DNA of 64,000 nt from Lepidodermella squamata (taxonomy: Eukaryota; Animalia; Gastrotricha): positions 4,464,001 through 4,528,000 of the forward strand of contig JBLDXI010000001.1 of assembly GCA_047495785.1 (NCBI GenBank), in the 5' to 3' direction. The notes under the pieces were generated by a model. The model was not told the DNA's origin, searched no databases, and saw only the letters and a list, made by a program, of their open reading frames with translations. Both the position numbers and the translations under genes were made by a program. Each line of letters opens with the position of its first letter. The stretch's first letter is position 1. Below are positions 1 to 14,214 of the stretch, in pieces.

Positions 1-1
1 T

Positions 2-1439
2 AACTACAATCCACAACTTTTCAAGGGGATAATGGACAACGCGCTTTACTCTATGCCTATGGTAAAAGGGCAACTTGGTTGGTATCAATTCAGCCCGGAA
101 ACACGTCGCGGCACTCTAAGCTACGCACCGATCGTTTGCAAGCAGCTTCAAAAGGCGGAAAGTAGCGAAACTTACGAGCTGAAAACCGTGGCAATTTTCG
201 ATGCATATCGAAATAAGCCGCCGATAATTCATACTGAAAATGCACGATGGTACACTAAAACTGGCAAACCCTTCGCTGATTCATTTTCCTACGCGAACTT
301 AGTTACACCACTCGTCTCGCCATCTATCTATGCCGGTCTTGCAGGTATATTTGATTTCACATATGCATAGCTTCAATTTTTGCGTTCTTTTTAGTGGTTT
401 GCTCCCTTGGAATAGTGGTTACTCTGGTGCTTATGCTTCCGCCCAGGCCACTCCTATCGCTATTGATGCCTAAAGATGCTGACCCAAGTGTGAATCCGTA
501 TGAAATGATCGCCCAAAACCGCTCTCCCCTGATCGGAACCTTCTTTCTTTTCATTCAAAGCTTTGTTTTACCCATGTCGAATAGTTTTCAGCCCCTTGAA
601 ACATGTCAAGCTTTTGGCACTCTTGTATTCGCCGGCCTTTGTTCCCTTATGGCCGGCAATTACGTTAAACTTCGCTCAACACTGTTAAATGCTCGAGGTA
701 GCAGGCTGAAACTAGTCCGAGAACACCAATATAAGCCGATTGTCGGGGTTTTCATATGGATAGCCGCAAATGCTCCCCTTCTCGGTGGCCTCCTGCCTAT
801 GGTGGATTTTGCTGAAATTGTAACAGGGCAGCACGCTTCAGATTTCGACCCTGATCTCATTTATCTGGAGACCAAATTTTATTGCCGACTGAACCTATCT
901 GATTCATCGGCGATCCTCTCATTTTTTGAGCTTTGTCTGCTGCAAGCTTTGGCTGGAATCCTAACTGTAAGGCTGGTTCAAGAAGTTTTTCGGGTAAGTT
1001 TGACGTTTGATGTTTCTTTTATAGCATGACCTATCCCTCTTTTAATATTTCTGCATTCTGCCGAAAGGCTGTGAAAAAGTTAGAGCGAACTCAGCGTTAC
1101 TCAATGACTGGCACAGTGATATATTGCGAAATCACAGCCCTTCTAGCTGGGTCTATGCTTGTCGCTGTTGTTCAGAATACCAACGCCCATCATATGATGC
1201 TAACGGTGTCTGGTGTTTGCTTAGCCGTCGGATGGATATCTATTGCTGTCACTGTTTTCGAGTTTCGAGTTCGAACGGCGAAGGATGCTGCTGAATTTAA
1301 ATCTCAGATGTGTAAGGACCGCCAGTCGATGACACTGCGACCGCTTGCTGGCCAGGATTCGACTGTTACCGGAACAGTCGACGGGCATCACATGACAAAT
1401 GTCACTTTGAGAATCGTTTCTTCTGCAGCTACTGAATGA
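2..1439 (+). CDS. GABA-B-like class C GPCR paralog 1 (5'-truncated by window edge)
   Basis: Exons <2-344, 395-993, 1068-1439 with GT-AG introns of 50 and 74 nt. The end of a Venus-flytrap domain joins a 7TM directly with no Cys-rich domain. TM3 reads CQAFG..GNYVK and ECL2 carries DPD..YC. Clearly homologous to the three other copies. Confidence 0.8.
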
Positions 1440-1653
1440 AGCTGAACAGCTATTAAATTCTTAGGAAAAATGAGGATTTTGCATGTTGTGTTTGGTATTT
1501 CGATTCTTATCATCAATCATCAATGGAAAAGATCTTTATCTATTTATTCACGCTGTCGGTCTGTTTGAAATATCGGTCATTGGAGTCCATAAAGTTAATG
1601 AATGTTTCGTCATTTCAATCTTGAAGTAAATCAATGTGCAGTAATTTAGAATA

Positions 1654-2080
1654 TAAAGCATCAACAACTAAGTAACCTGAGTAATTGTGACTTTTTCCTC
1701 AGAATTGTTCTTTCGTTTCTTGGAAATGGATATGCAGAAAACGAAACGCAGAATTCAAATCATTTGGACAACAAATTAAGTAGTAAGCCTGTTTGGCTTG
1801 TCCGAAGATACCTACCTCTGGTGGTATCCGAATTGCAAAGTTTGCAAGTATCCAAATACAAAAATGCAAAGTTGACGACTCTAGCCCGAGGCTCTGCGTG
1901 AATATTGTGACTATCGATATATACCTCCGGTAAATATACCACGCCAGGTAACGAGAACGAGTCCTTTGACTACCGTTGCTATGATATGGCGTGGGTTCTA
2001 GTTTTTGAATTTTGTAGCCTCGCTGTTGCGTCTGAGCAAAAAGTCACAAGAACTAAAGTTTCTTAGTTGTTGATGCTCTA
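1654..2080. mobile_element. hAT-like MITE (~430 bp)
   Basis: Imperfect TIRs of about 47 bp (agcatcaacaactaag..tgtgactttt.ctcaga at 1657-1703; reverse complement at 2031-2077). Flanks ttagaata/ttcgaaaa match 6/8, consistent with a decayed 8-bp TSD. Confidence 0.65.
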
Positions 2081-4472
2081 TTCGAAAACTAATAATTTGG
2101 GTGGTTTTGAAACAATGGGTTTGGCCGTCGGTCGAATTGACATGTTTCTACTTTTTCGAATTCAAATTCTTCCCACCCTATATATAAGTCTAAATAGTCT
2201 AAATGACTATTAACGGTTATGTATTTCAGATGCCAAAGTGCTTCCGATTATCCTAATGATCTCTCAAGCAAACATAATTTAGATTTTTCGTCGATGAATG
2301 AGACTATGAATTGGTAGATTCATAAGGTCGCGATATACTTAGAGCATCATCGCCTATTTTTTGTGTCTCATTCTTTGAAGGCATCACCTAGAATAATGAA
2401 TCCTGTCAATGCCTTCTAAGAGGCTAATCCTATTAACAAAAGGCGTACGTATTTTCACTCTTGACACAGCCCACCGCAATAAAAAAATGGTACCTGCGCA
2501 CAAAAAACCCGCGCGTTAGTCACCCTGCGTGAAAAAAAGCAAAGAGGATGTCATAATATACACTATATTATAATGAATAAGTGTAGAGTGCGTATCACAC
2601 GGTTCTGATGACGACGATAATGGTAGCCGGTATAGTAATAATAATAAAATTATTTCCATCAACTTTTTTTTCAAAGGTTGAACAAACACGGCAGTTGTCC
2701 AGCTGATGATGATGATGATGTGCAGGGTGACACAAAAGCAAATATAGGCAATATAAGGCACCGCCTTGAAGAATGCCTTCCTCTCAACTAACTACCTACC
2801 TTTTCAAGGCAATAAGGGCGATGAGCAATAGACAAACACTTGCGATAGTAACGTGCCGCTCAAGTGGCGCACGCGCGCGCAAATTTTTTTTGGCGCACAC
2901 GCACTAAAACGCGCTCATTATCATCATCGTATGACTCGCATGCAATCTATGCATAGGACAAAAGTCAAGACTATTGTTTTTAAAATAGACAAGAGCCGCG
3001 GCTACATCAAGAGCCGGAAAAATTGTACTAAATAGTATTATACACTTAACGAATAATAGTTAATAGAACTACTAATAATAATAATAAATATTTTTTTATT
3101 TCCTATAATAATAAAAGCCGCGCGCTGTAAGTATATTTCTAATGAGGCATGACCGATGTTCCGTCCGGTCGCATCATTATTTGGGCTGGTGGTGGTGTAT
3201 AATCAGTTGCTGCGCTATATTATACACTGAAATGCCTTATTAGTGTCAGTCACAGGATGTGAAGAAGCTTGCCTCCCCGCGGCTGATGTATAGAAACGAT
3301 ACCTACACAGATGAACCTGGTCGCTAATGCTCTTGTTACCTTCGCACGCGTCTTCACGCTTGTCACACACAGCGTGGCGCGGCGCGGCTCGGCTCTTTCT
3401 GCCGCTACCAGGGTGCGTACAAGATTTTTAGTATGATTATACTAACATTATAATAATAATATTCAGCCTGCATATATCACGCGTATCCACAAGTGCGACA
3501 TGTGACCAAACAAATTACACGGCTGGCACCGAATATTATAGGAACCGGTGGCAATTTTTTTCTAAAAAAATCTACCCATATATTAAGAAATTCCGAAAAA
3601 TGTAAAATCCCCGTGTCCTTTCCCAGGCTATAATTATAATAATTTTATTTTTTAGTGAATTGAATTGAATTATTATTTTTATTATTTTTTCGAGCTGTGT
3701 CAATTTTTAATGCTGTATTATTATTTATTTGGTACCGATTTTTTGTTTGTTAAATTATTTTAAAATTTTGAACACCCTAAGCTTCTGATGAGCCTTTCGA
3801 ATGAATAACAGCTCACTTTGTTTTCGAGTCTCGGGACATTAACACAGGCTTAATGATTATTTATAGGTAGAATATAGCCTTAATCATAATTAAATCCTGA
3901 TAATTGGTCAAATTATCCCGTTTTATTGAAATCCCCAATTTTTTCGAACACCCTTTAAAATCAATGTTTCTGAACTAGACTGCTGCGCACGCGATTTGAA
4001 TTTTTTTACAACGCGTGCAATTTTTTTCGAATTTTTTTAAATTTTACTACAACTACTATTCAATGTACACTAGTTCAAGCCAATCTATTGACTCGGATGG
4101 GAATTGCTTCGGTGTATTCTCAGGCACGCATAATTTTTATTGTTTTATTGCCATTTTTTTCCCACAGATGACTTTTAGATCGCAATTTATTCCGGTCAAA
4201 TTTCGATGACTCGGCCTTTATTTAATTAGACCGGCAATTTCGCAAAAGAGCCGCCACTTATTTTGTTTACAAACCCGGCTTTATTATTTGTATCTCGGCG
4301 TGTTATTATTTATGTTTATAGTCTGTTTTAGCAGTATCACATTATTTATCGTGGCGCCGATTTATCGCCTTGTCACGCTCGATTGATTTTCGCTCGGCTT
4401 CATCATCTACAAGCCGCGATTTATTTATCGAAAAAATTCTGCCTTTTTTCGAGAACAATCTTTAGCTGAACC

Positions 4473-7400
4473 ATGGAACAGCCAAGTGACGCTGTCGATG
4501 ACGTGGCGGCGCTGCACCATGACGTCAGCCACCACCGGGCTGACTCGGTCCTTACCGGGCCCGACAGCCAGTTCGACGTGACGTCGACGGGCAGTGTGGC
4601 GCCGGTTTTCGTGCAAGGCGATGACGGCTCGATGATTTACCGATCGTTCCGAGTTCGCGAGGCTAAAGTGTGCGAAACAGGTAATAAACAAATTCAGATT
4701 TTATTCCAAATAGGTCACACTTTTATCACTGAGAAAAATGCTGTTGTTAATTTGTTAATTAATATTTGTTAAACCATTTTTTCCTAGACTCGACAACAGG
4801 ACCGACTGATTTGAACTTGAAAGGTGCACAAAACCTCCTAACGTGTGATTTTTGCTTGAAACCTTTGAATTTGTGCGGTGATAATGTCCCACATATTGTC
4901 CCGTTTACCAATTAACTATTCAAGCAATTTATTAACTTCAGCCGAAATTGCTAATTGTCATTATATTATTCATAGTAGTTGATAGGGCTTACCGAAAGCT
5001 AGAGAACAAAGGACCTTTCTACCTATATAAGGTTAATCCAGTTCCAAGAAATCTTTAAATTAGCCTTCTCTGAATATTCGCGATGTAAAAGCTCTTTTAC
5101 CGTTTTTTTCCTATAGCTAAAATTCGAAATTTGATTTTTGAGGAGTTTTTATGCTTTCGAATCGACGTGACCCTTCAACTCTTCAACTATTTTAGAACGG
5201 GTGGAAAAATTACGGTGAACCTTTTTAACTCGAAAAATCACTGATGTATAACCCCCGAGCAGCCCATTGATAACTCGAAGAGATTTTTCTAGCAAGGATG
5301 GGAAGTTGGCGTAAATTTGAAACTTCGAAACTTCGAAAGCTCTTGCACCAGATTGCCAATTCAGAAATCGAAGTTCCCTCTATATTTCCCTAAATCAAGG
5401 CTAGAACCTCAACATTATTTGACTATGCTAATAACAAGTACTCGAAAAGTCGAGATATTTACTTCTGAAAAATTCAAAATAATATCATGAAAGCTTTGGA
5501 AATAAGACTTTTCCTAAAACTGAGAGATAATTCGCCTATCGACAATTTCAATTTAAAATTTAAAAAAATTCGTTCTACTTGGACTATAAAAGCTTCTAAG
5601 TTAACATTTGTCCCCATCTAAATTTTCCAGAAATTCGGTTTTTTAATTGCGAATTAGGACAATTAAGATAATTCGCATGGAAATGGCCTTACTTTGAATT
5701 GTCTTATTCTCTAAATTTTAGGAAAAATCCCCTTTGCTTTTGACGCCTCAATCCTTTTATTTCAAGAAAGTCTTTTCATAGTTCTGGTTTTTTCTTTCCG
5801 TTGTTTGCTTCTAATTTTCATATTTTATCCAAAAATATCACCTTTTCAATTTCTTTCCAATTTTTAGTATCACTGCCATTGGGTGGCAATGCATTGGTGA
5901 GCCCGCGCGGGAGTCACCGAAGCGCGGCCGGCTACTCGCCCGACGCCCCACTCGACGACTCGTCGAAACAGGCGCAACAGGCGCCGAGCTCATCGATGCC
6001 GTACGTATTCTGCGAAATGCAAGAGCTCACGTACAACAACTCGCGCCAGAACTTCGAGTGGCGCGAAACCACGCGGTGGATGTTCTTCGAAGAGTGCGTC
6101 GAAAAGCCGGGCGACAGGTGGTCGAAGCCGCACGTGCCCAGCCTACCCGCAGCGTCGGTTTTCGACTTCCGCAACTGCCTCATCGGCGGCACGATTGTCC
6201 TCAATTTGGACGCGTCGTCGTTCGAAGAACTCGCCGATATGGTCGGCGACATTCTGGTCGCGACAAACCAGCTGTCGCAGGGCGCGAAGCCGGAGTTTTT
6301 GTCCATCATGCACCTGCGGCATTTGCATCACTTCGAGTATAGGCAGTCGGCTCTCGGGGCGTTGAAGCGGCTGGGCAAAAGCACGAGGAGCAACTTGGCC
6401 CAACGGCGGCACCAGGCGTCGAAGGAGTTTGACACCATGAGCCCGCCTGGGCACAATGTTGATGTCCACGACGATGAGGCGGATTTGGATGATGGCGAGG
6501 GCCATACTGTCAATGGGCTGTCGAATCCTGATCGCGTTCATAAAGTTGGTCAAGTCCGGTTTCCATTTTTCGATATTTAATTTTCGGCTTAAAATCGGCC
6601 ATTTTAGCGCTCGAAGAAAATTGGAAAGAATCTTGAGAAAATGTGAAAATTACTCTATTTCCAATTAAATATTAAATAGGAATTAGGAATAGGAACCCAC
6701 TTGGGAAATAAGCCTTTGAAGTTATGGTTTCCAGTATTTTTCTAAAATTTCAATATATTAAATTGAATTTACTTAGGAGTTCATCCTAGGCTTTGAACTA
6801 GGAAAGGTTCATGGGAAGCTGCCGAATTAATTTAGGTCAATTGCTGGCTGATCACTGACCCTGAATTCCAAAACCTAATCAATTATATAAAAAATAAGGA
6901 ATCTTTTACGCTATTAATTTTTTGTAGAAAAGAGGCACACAAGTATCGGGAGGATCACCTCAATTTCTCGTAGAAACTAAACTATTCAACGGAATCCAAG
7001 TCCCAAGGTCTAATAACTGAACAAAGGCTCTTAGTGACCTGGTAAAGAGTAAAGATATAATAAAAGAGACATAATTGATATTTTGAGTTTGGTACCAAGC
7101 TCTGAGTTCTAAGTTTCATGATTTGGTTCCGCATCCGGAAGGTAACTGATCAATCAATTTTTTTCTCTTTGCTCAACGAAATCATTTTTATTTAAATGTT
7201 CAAATTTAATTTGATATAGGTCAACCCGCACTACCGCCGTTACGTCCCGGCTAACGCTCAAGCCGCTAGCATCTTGGTCGGCGAAGTTGCGGCCCTGCGC
7301 TCCCAACTAACCGTCTTCGTTCGCCTCGCCCGTCCACTCTACGTCGGCGATCTGACCGAAGTCGACGCGCCGCTCAAGTTCTTATGCATCCTGCTCGGCC

Positions 7401-10400
7401 CACCGGTCCACTCCCGACCCAACTCAGCTGAAACCTACTCACTCACAACTCTGGGCCGCGTTTTTGGCGCCTTGCTGTCAAACCCAGCTTTCAGCCGAGT
7501 TGCTCTACGCGCCGAGAATCGCGACGGATTGATGGCAGCTTTCGACGCTGTAGTTGACAGATCAACCTTACTACCCGCCGAGACCTGGGACCCTGAGGTT
7601 CGCCTAGCTCCAATCGCTTTCCCATCAGTCTCGAAGCACTCGTCTAGCGTTGCGGCGAATAGTCGCCAAACGATGAGGATCCTGCCTACAGCTGAGGCAG
7701 AGCTTGATTCCAGCCTATCAAGAACCGGAACTCCCTTCGGCGGCCTTGTCCGCGACATCCAACGCAAGCTGCCCTTCTTCACCGTAGACTTCACGGACTG
7801 CCTGCACCTCGAGTGTGGCCTGGCGACTGCTGTTATGCTTCTGACAACCTTGACGTGGATTCTGACCTTCGCCGCAGTTTACGACACGACAACTGGCGGT
7901 CAAATCGGCGCGGCTGAGACGCTGTTCGGCGCCTGTTTAGCTGGTTTGGTCTTCTACACAATTTCCGGACAACCGCTGACAGTCATCGGACCTCCAGCGA
8001 GTCTTTTCGTATTCGAACGGGCTGTCTACGCGTTTTGTAAGGCTTACTCCCTTGACTACACCGGGTTCCACTTTTGGGTACTCTTCTGGACACTGGTCGT
8101 GCTGTTCGTGGTCATTATGTTCGATCTATCGGCCATTGTGTGCTACTTGACTAGGTTCAGCCAGGAGGTATTCTCGGCGTTCGTCGCGTCTGTGCTGATT
8201 GTGGAGGCCATTGCGAGTTTGGTGCGTATTAGGGAGGAGTTTCCGCTGAATGATGACCAGTGCGTGTGTGCTCGCGATCCAGATCTCTTCACGGATGATA
8301 CAACGTGCCGTGTTCGATCGATTGCTACGTGCCATCATTTGATTGGCTGCAAGGTAACTGTATGGTTTTGACATTAATTGAAATTCAGGGTTTGACAAAG
8401 CTGAACAGAAAAATTACGAATCGGTTACCATCGGGTTTTTCGGGTTTTAACCGGGTTTCTATGAACATTTACTTCAACCTAGAGATTCTCTTGACAAGTA
8501 ATGGTTTTCATTTTCCAGTATCGATCAGGTTCCTTGGATCTTCCCAGGAAAAACCCGAAAATTCCGATTTTCGGTGTATTTGCTATCCATATAAGTTGAA
8601 ATTCTGCGGAAAGTCGATATTTTCCCACCTTTACCGGAACCATACCTTGAAAGCATTTGAAATTCACTGTTGAACGTGTTTTTTTCGTTTTTCATAGGTT
8701 GCTGGTAACTGCGCAAAGCCAAACTCGTTCGTTTTTTCATGCTTGCTGTTTGTCCTGACGTACCTGCTGATCGCCGGGTTCAAATCGTTCCGTTCAAGCT
8801 TCTTACTGCCCAACCGCGTTCGCGTCATAGCCGGCAACTTCGCCTTACCTTTTACAATCATTATCTTGACAATTCTCGCATGCTGCGTCGGCATCGATGT
8901 GCCTAAGCTTCGTTTCTCCCCTCTGAGGAGCGACGGATCTTTCGCTACCACCGATTCGGAACGGGGTCTCCTCGTCGATCCTGGAGTTGTACCGGCGTGG
9001 GGCGTCTTCACTGCAATCCTGGTCGCACTACCCTGCGCTATGCTCGTCGTTATGGACCAACATTTTGCAGCCATTGTTGTTAACCGCCGCGAGAACCGTC
9101 TAAGAGTAAGTTGAGAAAAATCTAATTACGATTTACGATTGATCGAAAATCCGATTTCTTAGCATGGATGTGGCTACCATTTGGACTTGCTTGCTGTAAC
9201 AATCACCCTGGTTATTTCAGCCGTTTTCGGCCTTCCAATCTTCGCTGGAGTGGTGATTTTGAGCTACGCCAATGTTGTCACCCTTCAACATACTCCGTCA
9301 ACCGCGAAAGAGTCCAAAATCGGCTACGCGCCTCAGTCGTTCCGAATTCGTGAACAGCGCGTCACCTCATTGATCGTTTCAGTTCTCTTAGGCTTCGCCA
9401 TCCTTCTCCGCGGCGTGTTGGGCTACATCCCGGTCGCTGTGCTCTATGGCGTCTTCTTCTACATTGGCCTTGCAATGCTGACCGGTACTCAAATGTGGCA
9501 TCGCACCAAGTTGCTTATGATCCCAATCAAATACCAACCCGACTTCAAGTTCCTCCGATACATTGAACTGATCAAAGTCCACGTCTACACTGGCTTTCAG
9601 GTCCTCCTCCTCCTTCTGTTGTGGCTTATCGTTGTCATCAAGCCTATCGCCTTCCTTTTCCCATTAGCCGTAGGTTTTTGTTTCAAATGAAATGTCACAT
9701 ACTAAATTCTGACTTTAGCTTATCATCATCGCATTCGTTCGACGTCTTCTGGCTTTCGGCTTCTCTCGCGATGAATTGCTCCGTCTGGACGCTGTTCTTT
9801 TGCCTCTGAGCGTCATCCTTCGACCAACTGATGGCGACCCAGGTGCCGATTACACGCAGTCAACCGACCATTCATTTTCCCATGGCGGTAAGAAGATCGT
9901 CGCAAGTGTTCGGGCCAGCATTGTGAAGAAGCTCGACAGTGCTCGAGAGGCGATTCGGCGCAAGATTGACGAAGTCCACATGCCGCAACTGCGAGCTCCG
10001 ACGTCGGACGACGAGACTGGCCAGCATCACGAGTCCCAGTTGTCGGATTCTGGAACTGATGGGCGATATGCTGGAACGAGCCCTGAGAAACCTGCTCGTC
10101 GATCGCGCCAAGAAGCCGTTGATATGGCTGATGAAATCGATGAGGTATGATCTTAGGTCGTAGTCCAGATTTCAATTGGGCTAGGAAAATGGAAGTTAGA
10201 AATGTAAAAGATTACTGCTAAATTGGATCAAATTAGGAAATTATGAAATTGAAATTTGAAATGACTCTGTTTTGTTTTGATATTTTCTTAGTTGCAAACT
10301 GCATCTGTTGGTGGTTCTCCCGGCGGCTCCAGCATGTACACTGAGGCCACGGCTACCCTAGGCCGGTCTCCGAAATTAGGCAAGCAATCCTCTTATAAAG

Positions 10401-10615
10401 CAACCAAAGCCTCATCTCCTACCGGATCTCCAAACATGCGTCTTCTGACGAAGGTGAAGTCGCAGGACGAAGCGGATGAAACTGCAGCCAGTGGACCGGA
10501 ACCTGGTGTCACACGAGTCGCTATCACCGTGGCCGATTCTAGCTACGATGCTGATGGTGACGAGACGTTGAGAACTGAGGCTAGCAAGAGTCGCAATGTC
10601 AATGACTCGGAATAA
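4473..10615 (+). CDS. SLC4-family bicarbonate transporter / anion exchanger (divergent)
   Basis: Exons 4473-4680, 5868-6544, 7220-8353, 8698-9105, 9163-9669, 9719-10144, 10292-10615 are all GT-AG and frame-compatible. SLC4 motifs include EWRETTRW, WSKPHVP, LVGEV, GQPL, MDQ..VNRRENRL, GYHLDL, IREQRVT, VLYGVFFYIG and KYQPD. Confidence 0.93.
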
Positions 10616-10968
10616 AGAACCTCAATTTTTAGAAACCAATTTCGAACCCAACCATGCGTGACAAACATTGAATTGAGCGCCTAACCTCTGTTGTCTTGTG
10701 TTTCGCTCATCTGCTACAAGACGCTGCTATAATAGCTTTAAACCACTCTGAGTCAAATTATAACTGGAAGAATGATGTTGGGACAATCTAACTTTTATTA
10801 TTCAGAATGTTGTGCTGTATGTATTGCAATCATCCATAATTTATTTACTTTGACGCTGTTTTCCGATGCTTCAGTGTCAAGTTTCGGTACAAAGCTACTG
10901 TGTATTTAACTACGGCGATTAAACAAAGCATGACGGTTCTTTAAGAGCTTGAGTTTCGATTCCAAGAT

Positions 10969-13900
10969 TTATTCTCCTATTACATGCAACTGAAGTTCAG
11001 ACACCCTGCGATCGCTTTCTACAACCGTGTGCTGGGCAGTGAGAAACCCAGCATTTCCCAGAGTTGTTTGATTTGATAGCAATCTCCTCTCCTTGTTCAG
11101 CTTCGTCATTGGGCCGGGCGTGAAACGGGAGCATCGAACTCGAAGCTCTACCACAGTGAGGCCGATAACTAAATAAGCGATCACAAGGCTGAAGCAAGAA
11201 ATGGCCATCATGAGGAGGTGCTCATTTGTGGCATAGACCACACTCAAAAGAAGGCACCCTGCTAGTAGGGTCGTTGATTCGAGGAACATGACGGTGCCTG
11301 TCATCGCGTAGTTGTGCGAGCGGCCATGTTTCTTAGCAGCCTGTGAAACGATCAAGGGAGTTCAGAATACACATATCTGAAAAGCAGAACTTACTCGATT
11401 GATCTTGTTCAGTTGGGCAAGAGAGCAAACAATCAAAAAGCATTGAAGTAGACCCATCTGACCGATGGATAGTATGGCTGATTCATCTGTTAGATCGATT
11501 CTGCAGTAGAGCTTAACCTGTACGTGCATTATGTCTGGATCTGCAGCTAACCGACGATGTCCGGCTTCGAACTCAGCCGAATCTATCAGTGGAATAATGC
11601 CGCCGAGAAGGGGCATATTGAGGACTAGCCAAAAGCAGCATTTCATAAGAAGATGAGTTACCATCTTTCGCCGATCATTCAACTTGCCGCTTCTTAAAAT
11701 TGCTTGCATTTTTGCGAAATTGCCTGCAAAAAGCGCCGAGAAGCCAGAGAAAGTGATAACGCCGAAAGCCTGGCAAGATGATATTAAATGGAATGCGTCA
11801 GCAGCAGGAAGCATAAATGCTTGAATCAGGAGTAAACAGATTCCCAGCAACTTAGCGCTACTCTGACCTAAGACGATGTTCGGGTCTATGTTTGAATCTG
11901 TTTCTCTCGGCAGCAATATCCTCAAGATAATATTGCATGGAAAGACCAAAACTGCAGAAAAGCACAGTCCAAGTGAAGCAAATACTGTAAATAAAGATTT
12001 ATGAAACATGAAGTAAATTAAACCTTTGTTTTCAGAAAGCTCTGCAAATGCTTCATTAAAAGTTGAAAAATGCAAACCTGTCAAAGCGGCGTATATGGCC
12101 GATGGGACAAGAGGAGTAACTATTCTAACATAATTCACTGAATCAGCGAAACGACGGCCAGATGGAGTTCTCCATTTTACTGCCCCTTGAATTTCATACA
12201 GGGTGCCTTTATTCCTGGCATTTTCGCGCCCTTTATTTTTATCGTAAACAGCGATGTCTTTCAGCGATAATTTTCTGCCTTCAGCATATTGATATTGTGA
12301 AATCGTGATCGGATTGAATCCTAACGTGTTTCGACCAGTTTCGCGGCTGAAGTGATAGATGCCACGTAAGCCTTTGACAGCAGGCAACGAATACAGGGCA
12401 TCTCGCATCAATCCAGCGTAGACTTTTGATCCAGCTTTAAATCGATCTGAAGCCACTGTCCAATCGGAAATTGTTTCATATCTAGTTTCGCTGATAATTT
12501 TCTCGAAGGCATCAAGCCAGTAGCCGAGAAAAAGTGTTTGATCGTAAACGTTCGTCGCCCAGATTTGAAGATACTCAAAATCAACGATTCGCTCCCTCAA
12601 AGCGGCTTCGTAGCCGTTGAAATCTAACCCCGTTGAATCAGTGTAATTTCTGTCGAAATCAGACAAATCTTTATCCCCGTGAAACAGCACGTTCATCATC
12701 ATTTCTTCCAACATTTTACACGTGCACCAGTCGCTGATTGCGTCAGGAATTTCGCAATTTTCAGGCGGCAGTTCGCTTCTAACCAATTGGGGAAGAAAAA
12801 ACGCGTAATTAGGTTCGTTAGCCCCTGCTCTATGCAAGAAGCACAGCTCCATCTCCGGCAGGTCAGTCTGAAGAAATATGATACGAACACCGCGGGAAAC
12901 TACCTCCTTTACAGCTGAGGAGATTTCATCAGGATCGCCGAACCTAACTTTGACGAGAGAAACAAGCTCGATGCTCCTTTCCTCGAGCAAATTAACGATA
13001 ACATCGTCCAACTTGTTGAAGAAATCATTCCACGTGGAAATTATTGCAACTGTCCTCCAGCTGTTACTTACACAGAATTCGGCAGCGGCCGTTAAGCCTG
13101 TAGCCGGGGGTTCTCCGAGGGGAACAACTGCTGAGTGTAGCCGCTGGGCAGCAACAACAATGTTATTGATCGCACTGGACTCAAGCTACAAGAAATTCAT
13201 GAACAGCTATAACAAATAAAAACACAAAGCTTACCGCAACGATATTTAGTGATTTGGCAGCCAACGAGAGCGTGAACTGACTGTGATCGGCACAGATAGG
13301 CATTAGGATTAAAGGTAGTCTCGCAGCATTGCCGTTGTTGTCGTGAGTTAGATTTCCGATGAGAAATTGAATGGCATCGCTATCTTCGCACTAACATTTG
13401 AAACATGAAATTGGGTCATCATAAAAAGTGGAAAGTCATGACACAAGAAAGTGAAATTAATGACTAGCATTGAAAGAAACATTCCATCCACCTCCAACGA
13501 ATGGAATTTTCGATGCTTATTGATACCCTTGCTTGTTGGCTGAATAAAAGCCGAAACATGTTGAAGCTGGCGCGTGAATCTTTCACTAATGATATCGTTT
13601 CCGTTTTAAAAGTAATTTGTATTTGACGAAATACCCAGAGTTCTAATAAGTAACTGCGCAATTTTCAACTCTAAGCTTAAGACAAGGGAGAAAAAATCTA
13701 TCGGGAATCCATCATGACCGAATAATGGGGGTTGGAATAATGGCCCCCTCTTCCCCTCTCCCCTCATCCCCCTGAAGTCGCACACTGAGTAGGGGGTATC
13801 AATAAAGATGATGACAGCGATTATAGTGTTTATAATCATTTCACTAACCCGGTCATCGACCATCTCGAATACTAGCTGATACTTTCTCATCAAATCCAAC

Positions 13901-14214
13901 CTCGACCCAAGCCGATCTAGTGCCAGCTGTATAGAACGGGTTGCAGATACTCCCATCGGCAAAACCCCTCCATATGATATGGGGGTTAATATTGTTATGA
14001 CATCCAGTTGATTTGTGGTGTTTTCGAAAAATGAAGATGACGATACATACCGTGGCATTTGTTCATCGAACCGCGACGGGTTAGTGAAAAACGAGGCGTC
14101 GACAAATTCGCGAAATTCTCCTACTTTGAATCCCGATTCTACGATTCCAGCGACCGATGCTAGCACCGAAAGACTGAATTGTACGAACATAATTATTAAG
14201 CACTTTGCTTTCAT
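10969..14214 (-). CDS. GABA-B-like class C GPCR paralog 2
   Basis: Exons 14214-13849, 13390-13235, 13185-12078, 11984-11395, 11340-10969. Signal peptide, Venus-flytrap domain (IQLALD, DDR|CE, WRTVAII) and 7TM. Confidence 0.85.

Noticed and set aside
2340-3560. Low-complexity, probably repeat-derived region upstream of SLC4
   Set aside because: No convincing termini, TSD or coding motif could be defined.
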